DNA of 64,000 bases from Pyrinomonadaceae bacterium (GTDB taxonomy: Bacteria; Acidobacteriota; Blastocatellia; Pyrinomonadales; Pyrinomonadaceae): NCBI GenBank assembly GCA_046313635.1, contig JBKBYA010000012.1, positions 44,421 through 108,420 of the forward strand, read 5' to 3'. Positions 1 to 9,486 of this stretch are shown piece by piece. The position numbers and the translations under genes were made by a program. Position 1 is the stretch's first letter; the number at the start of each line of letters is the position of its first letter. The notes beneath the pieces are model-generated. The model was not told the origin of the DNA and made no database searches. It saw nothing but the letters and a program-made list of their open reading frames with translations.

Positions 1-1133
1 GCTCGCGGATGTTCGTCGAGCACCTCGCACGATACGTCGACCGTGACAATACCAATCGCGGTAAGGCCGGCTATTGGGCCGCACGCGATTCGGAACGCGC
101 AGGCAAGATCGCCGACGCCTGCATTCTTTACGACGCCGTCATCTACCGCTACAACGCCAACTGGTACGGCTACCTTGCGGCCCAGCGCGTCGGAGCACTA
201 AAGTCGCAGGGCAAATGCCAGGGAGCGACCGCCGCAAGCGAACAGCTCGCAAAGGCCGTCGCAAATCTCAAGACCGTCACCGTCGCACGCGAGACCGCCG
301 GCCCGCGAGAGCTCGCCTTCGCCGCAAGGTCCGACGATCTGAGCGCGGCCGGCATATTCGACTGGGCGATCGACGAGCTCAACGCCGCCAAGCGCACCGC
401 GGCCGACAGCCCGCGGATCAATCTCGCTCTCGCTCGCCACCACCGGCTCAAGGGCGACAACGTCAGCGCCTTTCTCGCGCTTGCACGCAGCTACCCGGAT
501 TATGCTCAGATGTTTCCCGAGGAGATGAGCCGCGAGGAGTGGGAGATCTTTTACCCGCTCACAAACTGGAAAGAGATCAAGTACTGGGCCGCCCAGCGCC
601 GTCTCGACCCGTATCAGGTCGCCGGCCTCATCCGGCAGGAATCGGTCTTTAACCCCACGGCCCGCTCAAGCGCGAACGCCTACGGCCTGATGCAGCTCAT
701 CCTGCCCACAGCCCGCGCGACCGCTCGCAAGTACGGCTCGACCGCGACGATCGACGTGCCGACGCTCTACAACCCGAATGTCAATATCGAGCTCGGCACG
801 GCATACCTGCGCGATCAGCTCGATAAATTCGGCCGCATCGAGTACGTCGCCGCCGCATACAATGCCGGCCCCGGCCGCATCCCGACCTGGCGTGCGACGC
901 TGCCGCTCGAGATCGACGAATTTGTCGAGGAGATCCCTTTCAAAGAAACGCGCCAGTACGTCATGGGCGTCGTCCGCAACACCGCGCAGTACCGCCGCCT
1001 CTACGACGAGAACGGCAGCTTCAAACCCAACGTCGGCACCCGCCCGCTGCGCGGCGAGATCGATACAAAGTCCGACGAGCAGCTCGCGACAGAAAACCCA
1101 GACGTCCTTGTAGCGCGAGACGCTGGCGAATAG
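1..1133 (+). CDS. Soluble lytic transglycosylase (SLT domain), TPR-like N-terminal part; 5' end lies outside the window
   Basis: SLT motifs IRQES, GLMQL, AAAYNAGPG, PFKETRQYV; ORF is open at the window edge. Confidence 0.9.
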   Translation, partial: SRMFVEHLARYVDRDNTNRGKAGYWAARDSERAGKIADACILYDAVIYRYNANWYGYLAAQRVGALKSQGKCQGATAASEQLAKAVANLKTVTVARETAGPRELAFAARSDDLSAAGIFDWAIDELNAAKRTAADSPRINLALARHHRLKGDNVSAFLALARSYPDYAQMFPEEMSREEWEIFYPLTNWKEIKYWAAQRRLDPYQVAGLIRQESVFNPTARSSANAYGLMQLILPTARATARKYGSTATIDVPTLYNPNVNIELGTAYLRDQLDKFGRIEYVAAAYNAGPGRIPTWRATLPLEIDEFVEEIPFKETRQYVMGVVRNTAQYRRLYDENGSFKPNVGTRPLRGEIDTKSDEQLATENPDVLVARDAGE

Positions 1134-1175
1134 ACTCGGTCAGCTCTCGCTCGTTACCAATTTCCGTAATACATT

Positions 1176-1203
1176 CGGCCGCATTGTCGGAGCAATGCGG
1201 CCG
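1176..1203. terminator. Hairpin between convergent genes
   Basis: CGGCCGCATTG/CAATGCGGCCG 11-bp inverted repeat. Confidence 0.55.
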
Positions 1204-1245
1204 TCAATTACTAACGCCGTGACCGAACGTCAAACGGCAGCCCGT

Positions 1246-4074
1246 TCAGTTAAGCAGTGGGGCGATAAAGAGCGAACGCACCTCGGTCCGCGACTCTGAA
1301 ACGCCGTCGCTGACTATCGCATAGATCCGCATGAATGAGCCGGGGGACACGATCGGTGTTTGGCAAGTGTAATAGCCGTTGCCGAAAATGCCGGTCGTCG
1401 TGACCTGCGCCTGCTGGCTCCCGGTCTCGCAGTACCACCGGATCGTGATGGATTGTCCTTCAGGATCGGTGGCGTTGACGCGCATGAACATCGCTCCGTT
1501 GTAGTCGCCCGTTTGGCCGTTATAGTACGTTCCATCGTCGCGAGCTTCGCAATAGAATCCGCCCGGGCACGGCCCGCGGTAGGCCTGTACCGTGAACGAA
1601 TCGGGATCGATCACCGGCGGCAGGTTGTCGGGCGTGGCGGTCACGTTAACGTAGACGGTCGAGCTGCCGGTCGTTCCGTTCAGGTCGACGGCGTTAACGG
1701 TCAGCGGCCGCAGTCCCTGCTCACGGAAGGTCACGGTCGCCGCGCACGTTCCGTTTCGGTTGCGAACGGTCACCGAGTCGGTGCCCTGCACGTGCCACGA
1801 CAATCGGTCGCAGGACAGATAACCGTTTTCCGGATCGAAGGCGGTCGCCGTCGGGAAGTACTGCACCATTGCCGGCACTGTGAAGCTGGCCGCCTTGATC
1901 GTGACGATCGGCAGCGAATTCTTCACGTCGATCTGCAGCGTCTCGGTCGCCGTGCCGCCGTCGCCGTCGGTCGCCGTGAGAGTGATGGTTCGCTGGCCGG
2001 CCGACAGGAATTTGAAGGTCAGCGGTATCGCTCCGTCGCGACTTGAGACCGCTGTCACGGTCGGCACCCTGCCCTCCGGGTCGCTGACGTTGAAGAAGCC
2101 CTGCAGCGTATTGAACCGCGGACCGAGCACGACGTTCTCGTTGATCGGTACCGGGATCAGACCGCGGCGGACGTCAGTGAAGACGGGCGGCTGATTTTCG
2201 GCGTCCTTGATCAGGAAGGACCGGTCAAGGATGTCCTGCGCCCACACTTCACTGATCCCAAAGTAGCCGCCGGCGTCGGCGGTTACGTTAACGCGCGATT
2301 TGACGCGGCCGTACAGTGACCATAGCGGCTGCCTATTTGTCTGACCGGTGATGCTGACACCGACGCTTGCGTTCATTCCAGGACCGAAAACGTTATACAG
2401 GAGGAGCTTGGCATCTACCTTTCCGTATGCGTGAAGCTCGGCGTTGCCGTTAAGCGACGCGCTGACGTAGGTACCGCCGAGGGGTTCGTAATGCGAAATA
2501 TTTTCCCAGCCGTTACCGTTATCGTCGGGGTCGGTCCATTTGGCACCAACCTTGACCTTGGATCGCGCGCCGGCGTCAAAGCTGAAATTGACCTGAGCGC
2601 GGCCATCTACGCCGACCACGACATTCACCACCGGCACGAGAACGACGGGGAACGGCCCGATAAAAAATACGATGGGTGACAGAGGCACGCGACCGACGAC
2701 CTGCTCTTTTTTGTTAAGCGTTCCGTTGAATCGGCCCGTGACCCTGAGAGAACTTCGCTGATCGACACCCGCCCACGCCTCGACTCGGTCGACACAGACA
2801 GGCGGGATCTCGAAGCAGCTCTCGATACCGAGGCCGAGGTTGTATCCGGCGTTGAAGAAGACCGAGCCCTGCACTCGGATGGTGCCAGTGCCCTCGACAC
2901 CGCTGCCCGAGGCCGCGAGATCTATCGTAACGTCGAGGTCTTTTTGAAACGTGAAGTTGTCACCCTCATCGACCGACTCGATCATCGGCAGATCTTTCGC
3001 CTTGTCGGAGGCTGCGGTCTGTCGATCTGCCGCGAGCCCTGGAGCCGTCGGGGGCCGCAGTTCACCTGAGGCATCGAGATGACCGGCGGAGATCGCTTCG
3101 GTCAGCTTGGCCTGGACCGTGGCAAGATGGACCTCGCCGGCCAGTCGTCGGATCGACACGACCTTGCGCAAGAAACCGTACGGCGCCGCCGGCGCGATCT
3201 GGCTGACGAGCACGTCATCGACATTCAGACTCCTCAGCAGCGACGTTTCGTATGCAAAATGCATCGCCCCGGTCGACTGATCGTACGACACGAGCGCCGC
3301 TCGTGTAGGAGCGTCGGCGATCTTTGTCGTGACGGGAATGACCGGATCCTGACAGACGCCGTCAAGTACCATCGCGACCTGCTGGGGCGTTGCCGATCCG
3401 ATCTCGCTGAGCAGCAGCGACGCGAGTTCGTCGCCGCAGAGACCGAATTCGGCCCTAATCGCCGCGGCGATCTCCCACAACGAGAGCCCGGCGGCGGCAA
3501 GCACCCTGACATGAAGCGCCGCGTCCCTCTCGACCACGAACTTGATCGGCCAGATCATGCCAAATCGCGAATACGTGCCGCTCGGCACGTCGACCGCTCC
3601 AAGCGGCAATCCGGCGGCGAGCACCCGCACGCGATATGTCGTGCGGCCGTCGGTCGTGCGATTGCTGTTCCAATTGACGATAAAGTGCGAGCCGGCGCTC
3701 CTCAATCCGTACGCGCCAGCCGATGTTAATGACGCCACGAGCGTGCAGTTGCCGCCGAGCTCGACGCGGCACACCTCGACTTTCAGGTAACTCAGCAGCG
3801 AGGTGTCGAGCCGTTCTGGAGCGGTCGGCGAACCGGACCCGATCGGCTCGATGAACCGAAATGCCCCCGGCTCAGGTGCCGCGGTTACTGCCGCGTTCGC
3901 TTCGGGGATGGATCCTGCCTCACGTCGCGGTTCCGCCCCTCGAGCCTCACCAAAAGCTGAAAACAGCGCCGGGCCAACGGGCTCAACGTTCAAAGCAAAG
4001 GCAGCGGCGACCGCCGCTCCCAAGAACAACAACATACGGGCGAAATTGAAAGACCAGACTCTTGCACGCTTCAT
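1246..4074 (-). CDS. Large secreted protein with C-terminal Ig/PKD-like repeats, function unknown
   Basis: 942-aa ORF; hydrophobic N-terminus; GAGGAG RBS; repeated 'N.PP(V/I)' and 'T(A/V)TD.DG' Ig-like motifs. Confidence 0.7.
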   Translation of the reverse strand: MKRARVWSFNFARMLLFLGAAVAAAFALNVEPVGPALFSAFGEARGAEPRREAGSIPEANAAVTAAPEPGAFRFIEPIGSGSPTAPERLDTSLLSYLKVEVCRVELGGNCTLVASLTSAGAYGLRSAGSHFIVNWNSNRTTDGRTTYRVRVLAAGLPLGAVDVPSGTYSRFGMIWPIKFVVERDAALHVRVLAAAGLSLWEIAAAIRAEFGLCGDELASLLLSEIGSATPQQVAMVLDGVCQDPVIPVTTKIADAPTRAALVSYDQSTGAMHFAYETSLLRSLNVDDVLVSQIAPAAPYGFLRKVVSIRRLAGEVHLATVQAKLTEAISAGHLDASGELRPPTAPGLAADRQTAASDKAKDLPMIESVDEGDNFTFQKDLDVTIDLAASGSGVEGTGTIRVQGSVFFNAGYNLGLGIESCFEIPPVCVDRVEAWAGVDQRSSLRVTGRFNGTLNKKEQVVGRVPLSPIVFFIGPFPVVLVPVVNVVVGVDGRAQVNFSFDAGARSKVKVGAKWTDPDDNGNGWENISHYEPLGGTYVSASLNGNAELHAYGKVDAKLLLYNVFGPGMNASVGVSITGQTNRQPLWSLYGRVKSRVNVTADAGGYFGISEVWAQDILDRSFLIKDAENQPPVFTDVRRGLIPVPINENVVLGPRFNTLQGFFNVSDPEGRVPTVTAVSSRDGAIPLTFKFLSAGQRTITLTATDGDGGTATETLQIDVKNSLPIVTIKAASFTVPAMVQYFPTATAFDPENGYLSCDRLSWHVQGTDSVTVRNRNGTCAATVTFREQGLRPLTVNAVDLNGTTGSSTVYVNVTATPDNLPPVIDPDSFTVQAYRGPCPGGFYCEARDDGTYYNGQTGDYNGAMFMRVNATDPEGQSITIRWYCETGSQQAQVTTTGIFGNGYYTCQTPIVSPGSFMRIYAIVSDGVSESRTEVRSLFIAPLLN

Positions 4075-4190
4075 AAGTATCTCCTCAGGGTCTCTCGTCC
4101 CGCGGCGTGACTACCGTCGGGATCTAACCTGTAAATTCTCTTGCTGACTTTGTACGCGGGATGGTAAGCGCCGCGGTCGGTCGGCGTTAA

Positions 4191-4207
4191 CTACACGTTT
4201 GCGCGGG
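4191..4207 (-). promoter_or_regulatory. Putative activator-binding site (copy 1), 24 nt upstream of a TACCAT -10-like hexamer
   Basis: Minus strand CCCGCGCAAACGTGTAG; matches copies at 5172 and 8665. Confidence 0.55.
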
Positions 4208-4260
4208 ATGAGTGATGTGAAATAGGAGAGGTCCTACCGGCGAAACTGCTCGTCCGGGAT

Positions 4261-4295
4261 GACAGATCCGCCTGCGTTATGCGGACGGATCTGTC
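4261..4295 (-). terminator. Hairpin downstream of the 4327-4866 gene
   Basis: GACAGATCCG/CGGATCTGTC inverted repeat. Confidence 0.45.
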
Positions 4296-4326
4296 CCTCG
4301 ATCCGCTACCCCGGCTCCGTCGTCAA

Positions 4327-4866
4327 TTAAGGACATTCGAGACTCGGGTTGAAAGGCGCAAACATGCCGGCCGGATTATGCCGCCACGCCCAGACGTGCA
4401 ATTCGTAAGCGTTTCTCCCCGGACTGTATTCAAACGTTTGCCCAAACAACACGGGCGCCGCTGGGACAAGCGGGGCGGGCACGACGTATTCGACAGCGAC
4501 CAGCCGCATTTCGCCAGCTTCGTCGGGCAAATACAGCAGAACCTCAGGCCGGGCGGGGTTGACGTCCGGATTCGTTATCCGCCCGATATTGCCGTAGTGA
4601 ATGCCCATCGTCCCGAGCCCGGGCACGGACACGCACGGACTTAACGGGACGAATCCGTCCGCGATCGCGCGCTCGATATCGTGATACCTCGCCGTCGCAC
4701 GTCTCGCGGCGGCCAGCGCCTGGCGGCACTCGGCAGAACGACATTCCTCCTCGTTCAAGCTCGGGGCGGCAGCCGAAGGCGCGGAGTAAAAGCTCAACGC
4801 TAGTACTCCCTGCAAAAGGACACCGAAAAGTGACTTGGAAAGATTTCCTGATCTTAGAAATTTCAT
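4327..4866 (-). CDS. Secreted hypothetical protein ('ATARYHD...GTMGIHY...PEVLLY...LHVWAW..NP.G.F' family)
   Basis: 179-aa ORF with signal peptide and the motif series of a widespread uncharacterised family. Confidence 0.75.
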   Translation of the reverse strand: MKFLRSGNLSKSLFGVLLQGVLALSFYSAPSAAAPSLNEEECRSAECRQALAAARRATARYHDIERAIADGFVPLSPCVSVPGLGTMGIHYGNIGRITNPDVNPARPEVLLYLPDEAGEMRLVAVEYVVPAPLVPAAPVLFGQTFEYSPGRNAYELHVWAWRHNPAGMFAPFNPSLECP

Positions 4867-4918
4867 CTCAACCTACTTTATTTGTTCTCGATCATGAGCT
4901 GGATCGGTCACGCTTCCT

Positions 4919-5108
4919 TCATCGCGGACACGCGGCTGCGACCCGCTCGGCGTTCGCGGCGGCGCGATTAACGCCGAATCGGTTTCCAATCTCCTCGAAC
5001 GCGGTGGTAAAGGTCGACGGCGACACCGAGAGCCCGGCGGCCGTCGCGACGAGCATAAGGGCGATCGCCGCCGCGGTGACGATGGATGAATGGGATGCTT
5101 TTTTTCAT
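4919..5108 (-). pseudogene. Small signal-peptide ORF put out of frame by an A7 run directly after ATG
   Basis: AGGAG RBS + ATG AAAAAAA; removing one A gives MKKASHSSIVTAAAIALMLVATAAGLSV...ACPR*; span 190 nt = 63 codons + 1. Confidence 0.45.
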
Positions 5109-5171
5109 TGAATTACTCCTCGATCCGGGGTTTTGCGGGCAATACTATCCGACCGGCCGCCGTCCGAACAG

Positions 5172-5188
5172 CTACACAAACGTGCAGG
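5172..5188 (-). promoter_or_regulatory. Putative activator-binding site (copy 2), 24 nt upstream of TAGTAT
   Basis: Minus strand CCTGCACGTTTGTGTAG. Confidence 0.55.
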
Positions 5189-5209
5189 CTGCATAAAAAT
5201 GCGGGGCGC

Positions 5210-5249
5210 AAAACAGGGCAGCGAGTCGGGGCGTCGCTGCCCGAGTTTT
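5210..5249 (-). terminator. Intrinsic terminator-like hairpin after the TolB-like gene
   Basis: GGGCAGCGA/TCGCTGCCC stem with T runs on both strands. Confidence 0.5.
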
Positions 5250-5264
5250 CGTTATCTGCGGACC

Positions 5265-7076
5265 TTATCTGATCTGGAAAAGCGCAATGTGCGTCGAGCC
5301 GTCGTTCAGCCTAACGAGCAACTGCCGGCACGTTCCCCTCCACGACCTTTCGGTTTTCCAGACATAGATGTAACGGTCGGTCAGAGCGTCGTAGCTCAAG
5401 CTGCTTGACCCGGCCGTCACCGTTTCTTCGACCGTCGAGGTCGATGAGCCGCCGACGCACTGCACCTGCTGCGACGCCGGGAAGCCGGCGGCGAAAATGT
5501 TGGGTCCCTTGTTTCCGCTCAGACTGAATTTGACCGGCACAGATTGCCCCGCGCTGACGACGTTGACGGTCGGCAGATCATCGACCGGCTGGAAAAAGCC
5601 CGCGAAGTTGTAAAGTACGGTCACCGTGAAACTGCGCATCGCCGTGTTGCCCGAGGCGTCGGTCGCCGTGACGTTGACCGTTGTCGTGCCGACCGGGAAT
5701 GGCGAGCCCGATGTGGGAATCGCATTCACTGTCGGATTCGTGTCGCAGTTGTCGGTCGCCGATACCGTAAAATTTACGACCGCGCTCGTACCGGTCGAGT
5801 TTGGAGCGAGCGACGTAACGATGTTTGCCGGCAGCGACAAGACGGGCACGCCAGTCTCGGCCGCGACCGTGACATTAAGCGTCGCTCCGGCGTATCGTGT
5901 TCCGCTGTCGGTTACGCGAAGTGTGAAGCTCGCGTTGGCTGCCCCGCACGTCGCCGCGATCGCCGCCGTCACGGCACCGGATGACGATACCGCGATTCCT
6001 GATACCGTCACGCCGTTCGAGGTCGCGCTCGACGAGCCGTTGACGGTGACGCTCAGAGAGCTCTCTGCGTCCTCCGCATCATTTACCGATGCGACGGAAA
6101 TGCCCAGCGTGTTGGAGTCGGCCGCCACCGACGCACTCAAAGCCGTAATTGTCGGCGCGGCGTTGGCCGCGCCGCCCCACGACGGATTGCCGTTGAGACC
6201 GCCATTGGCTGCAGAATTGTTTGTAATTCGTGTTTGCGCCGAACCGTCGGCATTCATCGTGTAAATCTCGGTGAGGGGATGTATCCCGCGGTCGGACTGA
6301 AAAGCAATCTTGTTGCCGTCCGGGCTGAATGACGGGTTTTCATCGTGGTCAGAATTGTTGGTAAGGCGTGCATGACCCGTGCCATCGTCGTTCATGGTCC
6401 AAATCTCACCGTTGCTTACACTCCCTATCTGAAAGACAATTCTGGAGCCATTGGGGCTGAACGAGGGATTGGCTTCATACGCGGTATTGAATGTCAGTCT
6501 CTCGCGACCAGTGCCGTTACTGTTCATAATGTAGATATCGGTGTCGATGCCTGGAGCAAGTTGAACCGCAAAAACGATCCTGTTGCCGTCGGGACTGATC
6601 GACGCATCTAAATCGCTTACAGTGTTGTTGGTCAAACGAGTTTGTCCTGAGCCGTCGGCGTTCATGATGTAGATTTCGCTATTTCCGTCACGGAAGGAAT
6701 GAAAAACGATCTTGCCGTTCGGTCCGAACGAGGGGTTGTTGTCTGAAGCCGCATTCGTTGTCAGCCTCGTTTGGTTTGAGCCGTCGATGTCCATTACATA
6801 AATTTCGTTGTTCCCGTTCCGGTTGGATTGAAATGCTATCTTGCTGCCGTCGGGACTTATCGAGGGATTAATGTCGTTGCCGCCGCAATTCGTCAGATTT
6901 ACTTGATTAGTGCCGTCGGCGTTCATCAAGTAGATTTCACCGCTGCCGTCGGCGGCGCCGAACGAATGATAGGCAATTTTCTCTTGCGCGACGCATACGC
7001 TTGCGGCGGCGAGAAGCGATGCGCAAAGCAAAGTGCTCATCACGGCGATGTTCTTTATCGATCGAAAAATTCTCAT
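5265..7076 (-). CDS. Secreted TolB-like (PD40 repeat) beta-propeller protein with HYR domain and C-terminal PxKF domain
   Basis: Six or more 'EIY.MN.DGS.QTRLT.N...D..PS(F/I)SPDG.KIAF' repeats; HYR-like 'SATDNCD...SGSPFPVGTTTV.VTATDASGN'; 'FAGFFQPVD...AGQSVPVKFSL'; start placed at the RBS-preceded ATG 7076. Confidence 0.85.
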   Translation of the reverse strand: MRIFRSIKNIAVMSTLLCASLLAAASVCVAQEKIAYHSFGAADGSGEIYLMNADGTNQVNLTNCGGNDINPSISPDGSKIAFQSNRNGNNEIYVMDIDGSNQTRLTTNAASDNNPSFGPNGKIVFHSFRDGNSEIYIMNADGSGQTRLTNNTVSDLDASISPDGNRIVFAVQLAPGIDTDIYIMNSNGTGRERLTFNTAYEANPSFSPNGSRIVFQIGSVSNGEIWTMNDDGTGHARLTNNSDHDENPSFSPDGNKIAFQSDRGIHPLTEIYTMNADGSAQTRITNNSAANGGLNGNPSWGGAANAAPTITALSASVAADSNTLGISVASVNDAEDAESSLSVTVNGSSSATSNGVTVSGIAVSSSGAVTAAIAATCGAANASFTLRVTDSGTRYAGATLNVTVAAETGVPVLSLPANIVTSLAPNSTGTSAVVNFTVSATDNCDTNPTVNAIPTSGSPFPVGTTTVNVTATDASGNTAMRSFTVTVLYNFAGFFQPVDDLPTVNVVSAGQSVPVKFSLSGNKGPNIFAAGFPASQQVQCVGGSSTSTVEETVTAGSSSLSYDALTDRYIYVWKTERSWRGTCRQLLVRLNDGSTHIALFQIR

Positions 7077-7212
7077 ATCAGTTCTCCGTCTCAAATTTGC
7101 TCCGGAACGAGCAATAGCTGGTCTTTGTTCGACACCGACGCCGCGGCCCTGCAGACGGGCGGGCAACAAGTATCGTTCTTTCGTGCGAGTTACCATCCGC
7201 GCTGTATTTGAC

Positions 7213-7809
7213 CTAGTCCGCGTCGACCAAGTGTCCGGAAATGCTCATGTGGATCGTTTCCGCTCCGAAGGATCCGAGCCGCTCGGCAAAGAAAACCACG
7301 GTCGTCCCGGCGTCGGAGTAAAGGTTGACCTGCGCGCCGACGGCGGCCTTACCGCCGACTTTTTCCGCCAGCGGCAGCGAATGGGTAACGCGGTTTCCGC
7401 TGATCTCGGTCGTCACCGCGATGCGCAGACCCGCCCCAGCGTCGCCGAAAAACGAATTGGCTGAGACAAATTCGATCACGGCCCGCTTGTCGTTCGGCAC
7501 GCCGTACGCGGCCAGGCAGCTCGTGCCTCCACCGACCGGCGTGCAACTGGTCGAAAAGTGAAATGGACGGCGCCTCGACTCGCCCACTTCGCGCACCGGC
7601 AACGGAGCGCCGGCCGGGCCCGACACGCTCACGGCGCCGGTTACGGGGACCGGGTTCGATGGTAGGTTGACGACCTCGACCGCCCGGGTCGCGTTGCTGC
7701 CGGAGGGCTGCCCTTGCGCCGTGTTGGACGCGACCAAAGCGGCAATGCCCGCCGCAGCAAACAGAGCTATAACCGCTCCTATTGATCGTGAGATCCGAAA
7801 TCTCGTCAT
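7213..7809 (-). CDS. Secreted hypothetical protein
   Basis: GGAGA RBS, signal peptide ending TAQG, beta-rich C-terminal domain. Confidence 0.7.
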   Translation of the reverse strand: MTRFRISRSIGAVIALFAAAGIAALVASNTAQGQPSGSNATRAVEVVNLPSNPVPVTGAVSVSGPAGAPLPVREVGESRRRPFHFSTSCTPVGGGTSCLAAYGVPNDKRAVIEFVSANSFFGDAGAGLRIAVTTEISGNRVTHSLPLAEKVGGKAAVGAQVNLYSDAGTTVVFFAERLGSFGAETIHMSISGHLVDAD

Positions 7810-7908
7810 TGTCTTTCTCCCAATTCTTAGGTGAAACCGTTTCCGCACACTCGCGGGGGCGCGTTGATGTGGCTCGCTCCCGCGAGCGTGCGCTTTCCGT
7901 CTTTCTTA

Positions 7909-8598
7909 TCAGTAAACGATCAGGAAATAATCCGACGCGATCGAGTGGAAGGTGGATGACTCGTTGTGGAAGAAGCGCATGGACACGTAGTTACCCGACC
8001 GACTTGTGATCCTCCCCGCAATGAAATCATCCGCGACCGTGTTATTGGCCGAGCCAAACGAAGACAAGGCAAAGTACCGCCCCGCCGTGCTGAATCCCAG
8101 ATCAACCGAATATGCAGGCCCAAGGGCTTCCAGGACACTCGATGTGAATCCACATCCCGTATTCGTTGTTCCGCCGGTGACGGTCGCCCCGGTCGCTGCG
8201 TTGTAACACTGCGAGATGACCCCGTTTGCCAGCACGAACAGCATCGCTCTCGCACCGCCCGGGCCGGCCGGCCCCTGCGGTCCTTGTTCGCCCTGCGGAC
8301 CTTGTTCTCCTCGTGGTCCCTGCGGCCCCTGTGGGCCAGCCGGACCTTGCGGGCCCTGTGGGCCCTGTAGTCCCTGTGGTCCCTGCGGGCCTTGCTGGTT
8401 CCATGAGATGAGGGTCTCGGCGCGCGGGTCGCACTGCTGAGTTGGGTAATCGATCAGGCGGAGCTGTCCGCCGCTGCGCTTGTAGCAGCCATAATAGACG
8501 CCGTTCGCATCCGGGATGCTGGCGTAAGCGACGATGGCGACGAGTGCGGCGGCGACGAGGCCGCCCAGGCTGACGAGCAGGTGATTTCGTTTTTTCAT
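7909..8598 (-). CDS. Secreted collagen-like protein (about 15 Gly-X-Y triplets)
   Basis: AGGAG RBS; signal peptide ending [49 protein letters not shown]; Cys-containing flanking domains. Confidence 0.85.
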   Translation of the reverse strand: MKKRNHLLVSLGGLVAAALVAIVAYASIPDANGVYYGCYKRSGGQLRLIDYPTQQCDPRAETLISWNQQGPQGPQGLQGPQGPQGPAGPQGPQGPRGEQGPQGEQGPQGPAGPGGARAMLFVLANGVISQCYNAATGATVTGGTTNTGCGFTSSVLEALGPAYSVDLGFSTAGRYFALSSFGSANNTVADDFIAGRITSRSGNYVSMRFFHNESSTFHSIASDYFLIVY

Positions 8599-8664
8599 TT
8601 TCTTTCGCTCCTGAATCATGAAGATGTTTACCGGCATGCTATGCGGTGCGGGGCCGGGAAAAAA

Positions 8665-8681
8665 CCACACATTTGTGCAGG
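8665..8681 (-). promoter_or_regulatory. Putative activator-binding site (copy 3), 23 nt upstream of TAGCAT
   Basis: Minus strand CCTGCACAAATGTGTGG. Confidence 0.55.
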
Positions 8682-8732
8682 GGCGAAAAGGATGTCGACG
8701 GCTGATCGCCCGCCGATCGTCGGGCCGATGCC

Positions 8733-9410
8733 TTAGACGAGCTTTTCCCGCAGAGCTTTGGCGACGGCTTCGCTCTTGGAGTGGACCTGGAGCTTCTCGT
8801 AGATGTTCTTGAGGTGAAACGAGACGGTGTGAAAAGAGATGCCCATCTCGCGGGCGGCGGTCTTTTTGTGGTGGCCTTCGACGAGCAGCTTGAGGAGCTG
8901 GGTCTCTTGCGGCGTGAGATGATAATCGGCCTTCTCCGGCGGGCGAAATTCGCGAAAGAGCTTGATGACGCGCGCGGCGATGGCGGGCGAGATCGGCGAG
9001 CCGCCGTCGGCTGCTTCGCGCAGCGCGTCGAGCAGGCGCGCCGGGGGCGTATTCTTGAGCAGGTAACCATTCGCTCCGCTGCAGAGCGCGTTGAAGATCT
9101 GATCGTCGTTGTCGTAGATCGTGAGCGCGAGGATCGGGACGTCCGGAAAGATCTCTCGCAGCCGGCTGATGCCCTCGATGCCCGACATTCCCGGCAGTCC
9201 GAGATCGGTCAGGATGATGTCGGGATCGTCGCCGGCGATGCGCGCAAGTGCCGTCTCCATCAGGCCGTACGCGGCGACGCATTTTAAGCCGGGCGTTCCG
9301 TTGATCAATGCCGAGAGGCCGTCGCGTACCTCGCGAAGGTCTTCGATCAAGACCACGCGCGCCTGCGATGGCAGACTGTCGAGCATTGGGTCGACTGTGA
9401 CTGGAAGCAT
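8733..9410 (-). CDS. NarL/FixJ-family response regulator (REC + LuxR HTH)
   Basis: [13 protein letters not shown] receiver; LTPQE...[24 protein letters not shown]; start uncertain (9410 or 9386). Confidence 0.92.
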   Translation of the reverse strand: MLPVTVDPMLDSLPSQARVVLIEDLREVRDGLSALINGTPGLKCVAAYGLMETALARIAGDDPDIILTDLGLPGMSGIEGISRLREIFPDVPILALTIYDNDDQIFNALCSGANGYLLKNTPPARLLDALREAADGGSPISPAIAARVIKLFREFRPPEKADYHLTPQETQLLKLLVEGHHKKTAAREMGISFHTVSFHLKNIYEKLQVHSKSEAVAKALREKLV

Positions 9411-9486
9411 TTTATTAACGCTTGACTCTATGCTCTGTTTTCCGTCGGAGCACCTGCCCGAATGAGCAGGTGCGGCGGATCGCCGT

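Noticed and set aside
8599..9282. N-terminal extension of the 457-aa ORF 7909-9282
   Set aside because: It is an alternate frame over the response regulator; the RBS and signal peptide place the start at 8598.
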